Position numbers and translations under genes: made by a program. From Scenedesmus sp. PABB004 (taxonomy: Eukaryota), in contig JABVCE010000005.1 in NCBI GenBank assembly GCA_014905635.1, positions 806,001-870,000 of the forward strand: 64,000 nt of DNA, read 5' to 3'. The notes beneath the pieces are model-generated. The model did no database searches. It had not been told where the DNA came from and saw only the letters and a program-made list of their open reading frames with translations. The first letter of the stretch is position 1. Each line of letters starts with the position of its first letter. Below, piece after piece: positions 1 to 10,740 of the stretch.

Positions 1-1898
1 CGAGGCCCTCCGCACCATCGCCTTCAAGGTGCGCGCCGCGCGGGCATGGCGGGAGGGCGGCCGGGGAGGCTGGCAGCCCGGGGGACCGGCGGCAGCGGCC
101 AATGCAGCGGGCGCGGGCACGGCGGCCGCGCGGCGCGGGCGGTGATCAGCGCGGCCGGGCCCCGGCCGCGGGCCGGGCCCCGCCCGCGGCCGGGCCCCGC
201 GCGAGCGTGGGCGGCTGTGGTGCTGCGGCCCGCCAGCCGCGCGGCGGCGGCCGCCCCGCACGCGCTGCCCGCGCTGCGCGCCCGCTCGCTGACGCCCCGC
301 CGCCGCTCCGCTGCGCCCGCAGGTGCGCACCGCGTCCTGCGCGGGCACCGCATGCGTCAACAGCTTCGGCGACGAGCAGCTCGCCGTGGACATGCTGGCG
401 GACAAGCTGCTGTTCGAGGCGCTGCGCTTCTCGGTGCGGCGCGCGCGCGCGGGCCGACATCGCGCCGGGCGCGCCGCTCCCTCCTCTCTCCTCCCCCTCT
501 CCCCCGCCGCTCCCTCTCTCTCCCTCCCCCCGCCGCCCGCGCACCCGCGCCGACGCGTCGCCGCGCGCGCCGCCCTGTCGCCCGCGCGCGCGCAGCACGT
601 GTGCAAGTACGCGTGCTCCGAGGAGGTGCCCGAGCCGGTCGACGTCGGCGGCGAGGGCTTCTGCGTCGCGTTCGACCCGCTCGACGGCAGCAGCATCGTC
701 GACACCAACTTTGCGGTCGGCACCATCTTTGGCGTGTGGCCGGGCGAGAAGCTGAAGGACATCACCGGCCGCCAGCAGGCCGCCGCGGGCATGGGCATCT
801 ACGGCCCCCGCACCATCTTCTGCCTCGCCGTCGCGGGCTACCCCGGCTGCCACGAGTTCCTGCTCATGGACGACGGCAAGGTGCGCCGGCGGCCGGGCGG
901 GCCGTTTGTCCGCGGGCGGGCGGCTGTGGGGGGCGGCCGTGGGGGCTGCGCCCGCGGCGGGCTGCGCCGGCGGCGGCGGCGGCGCGGGCTGACCGCGCCG
1001 CCCTCCCTCCCCCGCGCCCCGCGCGCGCAGTGGGTGCACGTCAAGGAGACGACCGAGATTGGCGAGGGCAAGCTCTTTGCGCCGGGCAACCTGCGCGCGA
1101 CGTTTGACAACCCCGCGTACGAGCGCCTCATTAGCCACTACCTGGGCGAGAAGTACACGCTCAGGCGCGCTGCCAGTTGCAGCACCGCGTGCCGGCGCAC
1201 ACGCACGCACGCGCGCGCGGCCGCCGCCCTGCCGCGCGCCGCGCGGCGCGCGCCGCTCGCGGGCCGTCTGCGCCGAGCGTCTGCGTGCCAGCCGCGGCCG
1301 CCTCGCTCCCGCGCCGCCGCTCACCCGCGCCCGCACACAACACACTCCACCCCCGCGCCGCAGGTACACGGGCGGCATGGTGCCGGACGTGTTCCAGATC
1401 ATCGTCAAGGAGAAGGGTGTGTTCACCAACGTGACCTCGCCCTCGACCAAGGCCAAGCTGCGCATCCTCTTTGAGGTCGCGCCGCTCGCGCTCATGGTCG
1501 AGCAGGCCGGCGGCGCGAGCAGCTGCGACGGGCTCTGCGTCTCCGCGCTCGACGTGCCCATCCTCGGCTACGACCAGCGCACCGAGATCTGCTTCGGCAG
1601 CGTCGGCGAGGTGAAGCGCTTCGAGGAGTACCTCTACGGTGAGCCGGCGGCACAGCGGGGCGGGCGCGCGGGCGCGCGGAACGCACGGGACCGCGCGGGC
1701 CCGGCGGCGCGCGCGGCGCGGTCGGCAGGGGCCTGGGCCGGCGGCGGAGGGCAGGCAGGCGCCGCGCGCGCGGCGGAGGGCGTGCGCGCTGACCGCCCCG
1801 CGCCCCTCCCCCGCGCCTCTCGCCTCCCCCGCGCGTGTGCAGGCAACTCCCCCCGCTTCAGCGTGGCCAACGAGCTGGAGGCCAACCCCCGCCAGTGA
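1..1898 (+). CDS. SBP1: Sedoheptulose-1,7-bisphosphatase (5' part outside window). Exons 1-28, 323-433, 596-880, 1031-1164, 1364-1638, 1843-1898
   Basis: Spliced peptide has [44 protein letters not shown] and [13 protein letters not shown] (FBPase/SBPase motifs), plus the SBPase CAGTAC redox motif. Intron 1165-1363 is GC-AG. Confidence 0.96.
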
Positions 1899-2597
1899 GC
1901 GGCGGCGCACGAGCCCGCGCGCGCCGGCGGCGCGCCGCCGCAGCGGCCGGGAACGCCCGCCCCGCTGCGCGGCGCGCGTGACGCCCGGCGCGGCGGCGCG
2001 GAGCGCGCAGCGGCCACAGCTGCTGCGCGGCGGTCTAGATAGGGGCTGTTGGGCCGCGGCGTTGACCCAAGAACCGCGGGGCGCGCTCCCAGCGCGCCAG
2101 GGGTGTGGCCGGCTGAGCTGGCACGGCAGGGCCAATTTGTGCGTGCGAGCGGAGCGGTAACTGCGCTGACCTGCGCACGAGCGAGGGGCGCCCGAGGGCG
2201 CCAGCAGCCGTTACGCGCGCAGGCCCGCCAGCGCCACCGGCCGCGCCGCCACGCTTGTGCAGCGTGTGCGGCGCCTCTGCCAGCCAGGCATCCGATTCGC
2301 CGCTGCGACCCCCGAACCCCCCTCCCCTGCTCGCTCTGCGCGGCGCGCCCGCCGCGCCGCGCCCGCACGCTGCCGCTCGCCCCCGCCCGCCGCCGCCGCC
2401 GGCGGCCGGCCGGCCGCGGCACCACGCGGCAGCCGAGCGTCGCGGGGAAGAAATGTACAGCTGCCCCCTGCAACACCCAGTGGCCCCCGGAGGCCAGGCG
2501 CCGCCGCTGCTGCACCGGCTGCCGCCCGCCGCCCGGCGCGCCCGCGCGAGCTGCCGCTGCAGGCCGCCGGGCGCGCCAGGCGGCTGCCGGCGGCCCC

Positions 2598-2666
2598 CCG
2601 CTCGCCGCGCGCCGCTCGCCGCGCGCCGCTCGCCGCGCGCCGCTCGCCGCGCGCGCTCGCCGCGCG
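2598..2666. repeat. 14-bp minisatellite (CCGCTCGCCGCGCG) x ~5 in the YKT6 3' region
   Basis: Tandem copies read directly from the sequence. Confidence 0.7.
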
Positions 2667-2763
2667 GCGCCCAGCTCCTGGCAGCGCCGGGGCCGCAGCC
2701 GCCGGCGCGCCGGCGCGCGGCCGCGGCCGCGTCCCTCGCCGCGCAGGGCGCCGCGCGCTCGCA

Positions 2764-3372
2764 TCACATCATCTTGCAGCACGCGTTGGTCTTGCGCGCC
2801 TGCTTGTAGAACATCTGGCTTGCGAGGCTGAGGTCGGCCGACTTGTCGACGAGCGTGTCGAGCTTCTCGCCACGCTTGAGCACGCTGTCGATGGTCTGGT
2901 GCAGGATGACCTTTGTCTCGTCGAGGTCCTTTTGAATCTTGGTCAGCTTGTCCGCCGCCACGGGGTCCTGGTACCGCGCGAGCGCGCCCTCCGCGACGGA
3001 CAGCGCCTCGGGCGCCTCGCCCGCCGCGCCGCGCCAGGGCTCGCCCGGCGGCGCGGCGGCGAGGAACTCCTCGATCGCCTTGCCGACGACGCTGAACGCG
3101 GCGACGGTCGGGTAGTCGCGGTCGGTCACGGCGACGCCGGCGATGCCGCCGTCCTTGACGTGCACGTGGCAGAAGTAGTCCTCCTGCTTCACCGTCTGGC
3201 GCTGCCCCGGCTGCGTGCGCTGGACGATGGTCTTGCTGAGGAAGGACAGCATCTCCTTCACGCTGCTGCGCTGAAAGTAGCCAAAGCTGCTCAGCTCCGC
3301 CGCCAGGCCCAGGCACACCGGCTCCGCATCCGGCCCACGGTGGCTGTACAGCGCCACCGCGAGCAGCTTCAT
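2764..3372 (-). CDS. YKT6: Longin R-SNARE Ykt6, intronless, 202 aa
   Basis: SFGYFQRSSVKEML, DYP, KIQKDLDETKVILHQTIDSVLKRGEKLDTLV and a C-terminal CCKMM lipidation motif. Confidence 0.96.
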   Translation of the reverse strand: MKLLAVALYSHRGPDAEPVCLGLAAELSSFGYFQRSSVKEMLSFLSKTIVQRTQPGQRQTVKQEDYFCHVHVKDGGIAGVAVTDRDYPTVAAFSVVGKAIEEFLAAAPPGEPWRGAAGEAPEALSVAEGALARYQDPVAADKLTKIQKDLDETKVILHQTIDSVLKRGEKLDTLVDKSADLSLASQMFYKQARKTNACCKMM

Positions 3373-3869
3373 CGCGCGCGGGCGCCGCGGGGGCCGGCAG
3401 GTGCCCGAGGCGCTGGCAACCGTCGCGCCGCGAGGTGGCGGCGTGCGAGGCCGCGGGGCTGTTGCGGGGAGAGCGAGGATGAGGACGCGAGGGGGAGTGC
3501 GTGCCGCGGCGGCGCGAGCAGCACGGTAGCGAGCAGGGCCCAGGGCGTCGTGCGCCTCTGCTGCCCCCTGGGCTGCCCGCGGGCGCATGGGGCCGTGCCG
3601 TCGCGGCGTCCGGTGCAGACGCGCACCACCGCCACAGCCCGCGCCCGCACCCGGCCTGCAGCCCGCTGCCCGCGCGGTCGGGGCGTGGCCATCACCTGCG
3701 GCAGCAGCAGGCGAGCCTGTGCAGCAGGGGCGAGAACGCCCCCAGGCAGCGGCCCCACCTGCTGCGGGACCTCCACACTAGCGCCTCCGACTCCGCTCTC
3801 GGGCCGACGGGGCCCACGCGGCGGCAGCGGAGCAGCAAAGCAGCGGCGGCGCGTGGTGCACGCGCGGCG

Positions 3870-4723
3870 ATGCTGGCGGCGCGGCGTCCGGCGTCGGCCG
3901 CCGCCGCCCGGGGGCGCGCCGGCGCCCTGGCACTGCCGGGCCGGCCGGCGGTGGCCCGCGCGCAGCGGCGGCGCGCGCCGGCGGCCGCCGGCGGCGACGC
4001 GGAGCTCAGCATCGAGGAAAGCTTTGCCGCGGAGCTCGCCGCGCGGAAGGCGGCCGACGCGGCGGCCGCGGAGCGCGCGGCGGCGGCAGAGTTTGACGGC
4101 GCGGCGCTCATGGGCATCATCAAGCAGAAGTACGGCCGCAGGTGCGTTCGACTGCCTGGCGCACGCGCGGGCCTCCTGGCACACGCGCGCCGCTCCCGGC
4201 AGCGCCCGTCACGCGCCCGCCCGCCGCGCCCGCCCCGCGCAGCTACGACGTGTCGCTCGCGGTGCGGCAGTACCTGGGGCGCTCCTTTGTGTCGCTGAAC
4301 CTCATGGTGCGCCGCGCTGCGCGCTGCGCCGCTGGCGGCCGCCGGCGGCGGCGGACGCGCGCCCGGCTGTGGCCGAACACCTGCGCGCCGCCCGCTCGCC
4401 GGCGCAGTGGAAGTACCAGGAGCAGCAGTCGTTCAGCTACACGCCGGAGCAGTTCAAGGAGCGGCTCGACTATGTCGCCTCCGCGCTGGTGGCGTGGGGC
4501 GTCGTGAGCAGCGTGCAGGCGCGCGCGCCGCGCGGCAGCCGCGGTCGCTGCGCGGCGGCGCCGCCGCCGCGCGCGCGCGCGCGCGCACGCGCCCACGCCG
4601 CGCACGCGCCGCGCCGCGCAGACGCAGCTGGCGGCGGCCAAGTCGCGGCCGCGGGTGGGCAAGGCGGTGAGCCTCATGCTGGACGTGCCGGAGGACCAGG
4701 CGCGCGAGTGGATCGCGGTCTGA
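3870..4723 (+). CDS. DUF3067 family protein, probably plastid-targeted. Exons 3870-4141, 4243-4306, 4408-4518, 4622-4723
   Basis: KYGRSYDV...LNLMWKYQEQQSF...RPRVGKAVSL...AREW is the DUF3067 signature. Ala/Arg-rich transit peptide. Last intron is GC-AG. Confidence 0.88.
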
Positions 4724-5025
4724 TGATGCGACCGCCGCCGGGGCCGGTCCACACAAGAGACGAGGGAGAGGGAGAGGGGGCGCAGGCGCGCGGCGAGGGC
4801 GAGGGAGAGGGCGCGCGGCGAGGGCGAGGGCGAGGGCGAGGGGCGAGGGCGCGGGCGCATGGCGAGGGCAGGGTGTACCACCAGGCAGGACGCGCGCCAC
4901 GAGGGCGCGGGCGGGCCCGGGCCCGTCCCGCCGGCGCCGCGCGGCGCCGGCGCTGTAAGCAAACCCGGACACGGTGGGGGGTGGCGCGCGGCAGCAGGTT
5001 ACCCTCGCACCAGCTGCCTGGACCG

Positions 5026-5672
5026 CTAGCGGCGCCGCAGGCGCAGGTGGCCGAAGCGCGCGGCGCCGACGCTGCTGCCGGCGAGCACGCAGGGCTCGTA
5101 GCCCGTCTCGGCGGTGTACTGCGCGACGACCGCGTCCACGGCCGCCTGGCCCGCGCTGCCGGCGAGCCCGAGCACGCACACGGTGCCGCCGCAGCCGCCG
5201 CCGGTGACCTTGGCGCCGTAGAGCGCGGGCGCCCGCCCCGCGCGCCGCGCGGCGAGGCCGTGCGCGCGCACGATGTTGACGAGGCGGTTGGTGCCGTCGC
5301 TGCCCAGCCCGCACGCGCTGTAGCTCGCGTGGCTCTCATACATGAGCTCCCCCAGCGTCTCCAGCGGGCCCAGCAGCGCGGCGGGCGGGTCGAGCGCGCC
5401 GCCGCCGAGCGCCGCCGCCGCGCCGCCGCCCGCGCCGCTGCCGCTGCCGACGCGCAGCGCGTCGGGCGGCGCGTCGGGGGGCGCGGCGGGCGGCGCGGCG
5501 CCGCCGCCGCCGTCCGCGGCCGCCCGCCGCGCGACGGCCTCCTCCGCCGCGTGCTGCAGCACCAGCCGCTGCAGGCTCAGCCCGTCGCCGCCGCGGTGGC
5601 TGCTGACGCCGCCGCTCGCGCCCGACGACGCCGGCCGGCTGCTGGCGCCGCTGCTGGCGCCGCTGCTGGCGC

Positions 5673-5723
<51 letters not shown>

Positions 5724-8148
5724 GCCGCGCGCCGTCGTCGGCCGCCGCGGCCGCGGCGTCGCCAAGCGCCTCCGCCGCGGCGAGCAGCGCGCGGAAGGTG
5801 TTGACGCGAAAGTTCTCGGCCACCGGGTGCGCGGTCGGCTCGCGCACCGCGTACGCCACGCCCGGGTCGACGCTCGTCACGCCGTCGAGGTGGGGACCGT
5901 ACGTGTCCAGGAACTCGGCGCCGCGCAGGCTGGCCGGCAGGGACGACGCGAAGAGCTCCGCGAAGGTGCTGGGGCTGATGTTGGCGAGGTAGCCACCAAA
6001 CGGGCACGCCGGCCGGCCGCCCTCGCCGCTGCCGCGCCGCGGCGGCGCCGGGGGCACTGGCGGCAACGCCGCCTGCGACGACTGCTGCTGCTGCTGCTGT
6101 TGCGACTGCTGCTGCTGCTGCTGCTGCGACTGCTGCTGCGGCGCCGCCGGCGCCGCGTCAAAGAAGCCGCCGCCCGCCGGCGCCGGGGCCGGCGCCGCCG
6201 CCGGCGGCGCGCCGCCGCGCTCGGCGGCGCCGCCGGCCTGCAGCTGGCGCGCGGCCTCGCTGATGACCTTGAGCCCCATGAACGCCCCCACGCGCACGCG
6301 CCCGTAGTCGCTGCCGCCGACGCTGTGCCGGATGCCGCTGTCGATACCCCAAAACCGGACCTGGCGGGCCACGCGGCGGGCGGGCGGCGCGGCCGGAGGG
6401 CCGTCGGCGGCGGCGGCGGCGGCGGCGGCGGCCAGGCGAGCGTCCTGGCGCCGCGGGCGGCGGCGAGAGGGCCGGCGCCGCCCGCGGGCGGCGCCCCGCA
6501 CCTGCGGCGGGATGGGCACGCAGCCCTGCACCTCGGCGGGCTGGCAGAGCAGCGCGAGCAGCTGCCCCGCGTCGCCGAGGCTGCTGGTCATCTGGTCCAT
6601 CACGCCGCACGGCGCGCCGACGACGAGGTTCTGCGCCGCGTCGGCGCCGCGGCGCGGCGGCGGAGCTCAGGCGGTGCGGGCGGCAGCGCGGGCGGCAGCG
6701 CGGGCGGCGCGGACGAAAGCGGCGCAGCGCGGACCTCGGCCTTCTGGCAGAGCAGCGCGAGCTCGCGCCCGCTGAGCGGCACGTCGTGCGCGGCGGCGAC
6801 GGCCGACATGACCGCCACCTCGAGCGCGGCGGAGCTCGACACGCCCTTGCCTGCGCACAGGCCGGTGCGGGCGCGGGTGCGCGCGCTCGGCGTGCGCCCG
6901 GCGGCGGGCGCGCGGGCCGGCGGGCGCGGCGAGCGCGCGCGCGCGTGGGCGCGCGCACCCTCGGGCACGTCCGAGCAGACGAGCACGCTGAGTCCGTCGG
7001 TGAAGCGCAGCCCGCGCTCGTGCGCGAGCACGAGCAGGCAGCCCGCGACGTACGCGCCCCACGCGCCCGCGGGGTCCTTGCGGCAGTACGCACGCAGCGA
7101 GGCGTAGGGGATGGGGCCGCCTGGACGCGGCCGCGACAGGGCGGGCGCGGGCGAGCGTGGGGTGGTGAGCGCGCGGCGGCGCGTGTGCAGTCCGCGGCGC
7201 AGCTGCCGGCGCGCGGTTGTGTGTGCCGCCGCCCGCGGCCGCCGCCGCCGCGGCGCACCGCCGGGGTCGTAGAGGTCGTCCAGGTCGATGTCAAACGTCG
7301 GCGCGCGGTTGGTGTCGTCGGCGTGGAACGACACCACGCGCAGCGCGGGCCGCGGCCCGCCGAGCTTGTCGTGCCGCGCCTGCGCGTGCGGCGGCGGCGG
7401 CGGCGGCGTTGCGCGCGCGAGCGCGTGATGACGCAGGCGCGGGCGGGCGGCGGCCAGGCAACGGCCGGGCAGCGGCCGGGCGCGCGCGCCTGGATGTGCT
7501 TCCACAGCGGCTGGCGGTCGAGCGGGTGGCGCTGCAGCGCGACGTGGCACGCCTCGGCGATGGGCATCTGTGGGGCGGCGGCGCATGGCGGGGCGGGCGC
7601 GCCCCCAGCGGCGGCGGCGCGGCGGCCGGCGTCAGCGGGTCGCCGCCGCCGCCCGCCGCCAGGCGCCATGCTTGGCCCACGCCCCCGCGCCCCCGCGCCG
7701 CGGCGCTGCCGCCGCTGCCGCCGCGCCTGCAGCACGAGCGCGCCGCTGTAATCTGCGATGCCTCCCATCACGTCCAGCCGCCCCGGCGCACGGCACACCT
7801 CCAGGTCGGCGTCCCACCTGCAGCAGCAGCGTGCCTGTGAGCTTGCACGCGCGCGAGGGTCCCCCCCCCCCAGCCAGCCCAGCCGCCGCGCCCTCGAGAC
7901 CCGGCCCCGCCCAGCCCGGCGCGGCGCGGCGCGGCGCAGCGCCGCGCCTGGCCACTGGCTCACCTGAAGAGGCCGCGCGCGGCGCGCACCTCCGGCAGCT
8001 CCACACCCGCGTCGCCGATGCCCGGGCTGCTGCCGCCGGCGCGGCCGCCGCGGGCGGGCTGCGGCGCGTCGAGGTTGCGCAGCAGCTGCAGGAAGGCCAG
8101 CGTGTCCGGCAGCTGCTGCAGCAGCTTGGCGTCGCCTGGCGTCGCGGC

Positions 8149-8179
<31 letters not shown>

Positions 8180-10458
8180 GCGGCGGCCCGTCGCCGCGGC
8201 GCGCGGGGCGCTGCCGGCTCCGCCCCGCCCCCGCAAGCCCCCCCCCTCCCCCATCGCTGCCGCGGCGCACCCTCCAGGAGGTGCCAGTCGCGCAGGAGCG
8301 GGTCCGGCAGCCCGCCCGGCCCCGCCGCGCCGGGCGGCTGCGTCAGCACGTCGCAGAGGTTGCGGAAGCTCCCCAGCCGGCGGTTGGGGTCGGCGCCGTT
8401 GACGTACCTGCGCACGCGCCCCCGCGCGGCGACCGCTCGCGCGACGGGCGGCGTCGGGCGCCCGCGCGCGCGCCCGCCGCGGCGCGGTGCGCGCACCAGT
8501 CCGGCACGTCGACGCGGCCGTGCTTGGGCGTGGCCATGAGGTAGCCAAAGACCACCGTGTCGCGCAGCCGCGTCATGCTCATGCCGCCGCCGCGCCCGCC
8601 GCCGCCGGGCGCGACGCCGACGCCGCGCGCGACCTCCTCGAGCCGCCGCGCCACGACCTCAGCGCCGTTGGTCGGCGCGCTGCGGCCGCGGCGGACGCGG
8701 ACGCGGCGGACACGGCGCGTCGGCGGCAGCGCGGGCCGCGCCGGCCGCACCGCGCCGCGCCAGCCGTCGCGCCGCCCGCCGCGCCGCGCCGCGCCGCCGC
8801 CGTGTGCGCGCCTGTACTGCGGCGTGAGCGCGCACGCGCGCTCCAGGTAGGGCCCCCAGTGGCCCTCCAGGAAGTCGCGGCGCTTCATCTCCACCGCCGC
8901 GCCGTGCACCTCCAGCATCTGGCGCGGTGCGGGGCGCAGCGCGCCCGGCAGCCTCGGCCTTGGCCCAGTGGCGCGCGGGCTGCCAGCGCGACGCGCTATC
9001 ATCATCAGCGCACACTCACGCCAAGGCGCACACGAGCCGGCCGCGCACCTTTCTCAGGAAGGGCTCCTCGTTGAAAAAGTCGCGCCGCACAAACACGAGC
9101 GGCCGGCCGTGCGCGAGGCACTCGGACATGGTGCTGCGGGCGGTGCGCGCGGACGACGCGGACGCGGCAGTGTGGCTGGGCCGCCGCCGGCGGCGCCACC
9201 GCAACGGCGTGGCGCCGCGCGGGGCGCGCGGCGCACCCGTAGCCGATCTTTCCTATCACGCAGTCGCTCGCGGCGACGAGGTCGGGCGTGTAGACGTCGG
9301 CGGGCGCGAGCACAAAGTTGGGCGGCAGCGGCGTGTCGGGGCAGAGCGGGCGGCCGCCGTTGCACGCGACGCACACCCAGCCGCGGGGGAGGAAGTCCTC
9401 GGCGACGCGCAGCTCCGCCTTGTGCCCGCCGTGGATGAGGACCGCCAGCCGCGCGTCGGCCGCGAGCCCGAGCTCCGCCCGCACCTGCGCGCCGCGGCGC
9501 GTGTGTGCGTGTGTGCGCGCCAGCATGCGGGGCTCGGCCCGGGCGCGGGGCCGGTCTGCGGGCGGCACGCCGCCGCGCCGCCGCGCTGGCGCGCGGACCT
9601 GCGCGGGGAAGCGGCGCGCGTGGCGCACGACGAGGGGCACGTCCTCGATGGCCGTGAACGCCGGCATCGGCACGTAGCCAGGCAGCCGCAGCAGCAGCGC
9701 GGCCGAGGCGTAGTCCTGCGCGATCTGCGCGCGCCGCGCGCGCGCGCGGGCCGAGCGGTGAGCACGCGCTGCCCCCGCACGCCCAGCAAGCTGCGGCGGT
9801 GCGGCGCCCGCCGCGCAGCACCTGCCACACGAGCTGGCGGAACTCGGTGCGCCGCTGCGTGGTGAGGTATTCCGAGTAGATGAAGTCTGGGCGGCGGCGG
9901 CGGACGGCCGAGCGGGCGCGGGCCGGCGGCGGCGGTTGCGGCGGTTGGGCGCGGGCAGGCGCCTGCGGCCGCGGCCCGGGCCTGTGTGGCGCCGCGGGCA
10001 GCCGCGGCTGCGCGGCGGGCCAGCGCCGCACCCCAGCTGAAGTTGGACACGCAGACCGCGGGCACGCCCGCGGCGGCGGCGGCGCTGCAGACGAGCGGCA
10101 CGACGTCGGAGACGACCAGGTCGATGTGGTTGCTCGCCAGCCACTGCGCCTCGGCCTCCAGCATCTCGGCGCGGCGCACGCACGCGGTCGACAGGTACTC
10201 CTCCAGGCTGCCCCTGACGTCGACGGTGAAGGGGTCGAGCTGCTTCGCGCCCGCGTCCAGCACCGCCTTGCGCAGCACGAAGCGCGCGCTGGGCAGCTCC
10301 TGCAGGAACACCCGGGGCGGGGCGCCCGTGATCACGGTCACGGTGTGGCCACGCGCGACGAGGTGCTTGCAGACCTCGATCGACCGCGTCGCGTGGCCCA
10401 GGCCGTGGCCGGTGCAGTAATACGCGATGGCCAGAGGGTCCTGCGTCGTCTCGGCCAT
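5026..10458 (-). CDS. ARA1: L-arabinokinase (N-terminal glycosyltransferase-like domain + GHMP kinase), ~15 exons
   Basis: YYCTGHGLGHATR, DLVVSDVVP, GKIGYGT, RAPGRLDVMGGIADYSG, VPEGKGVSSSAALEV, CGVMDQM, GAKVTGGGCGG. Confidence 0.93.
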
Positions 10459-10740
10459 GGCCACGCCCTGCGCGTCGGCGCCGCCGCGCCTCGGCGGCGG
10501 CGGGGCGGCGCCCGGCGTGTGCGCCGCTGCTGTCGGCGCGCGCCGGCCTGGCCCGGCGTCGAGGCACGGCGATCGCTGGCGGGAGCTTGCTGCGACACCG
10601 CGTTGGAGCTCTTGGCTGCTCGGCGCGGGCGGGAAGGCTGCGTGAGCCTGCGTGCCAACATGCAAAAGCGCCGCGACGAATGATGTGTGGCCGCCGCTAG
10701 CCGCACACAGCCGGCCACGACCGGCCCCGGCGCAGAGGCC

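Noticed and set aside
2257..7107. 1616-aa plus-strand ORF (likewise 9256-15360 and many other long Arg/Ala/Pro-rich ORFs)
   Set aside because: Stop codons are scarce at this GC content. These ORFs cross real genes in antisense or shifted frames and have no coherent domain.
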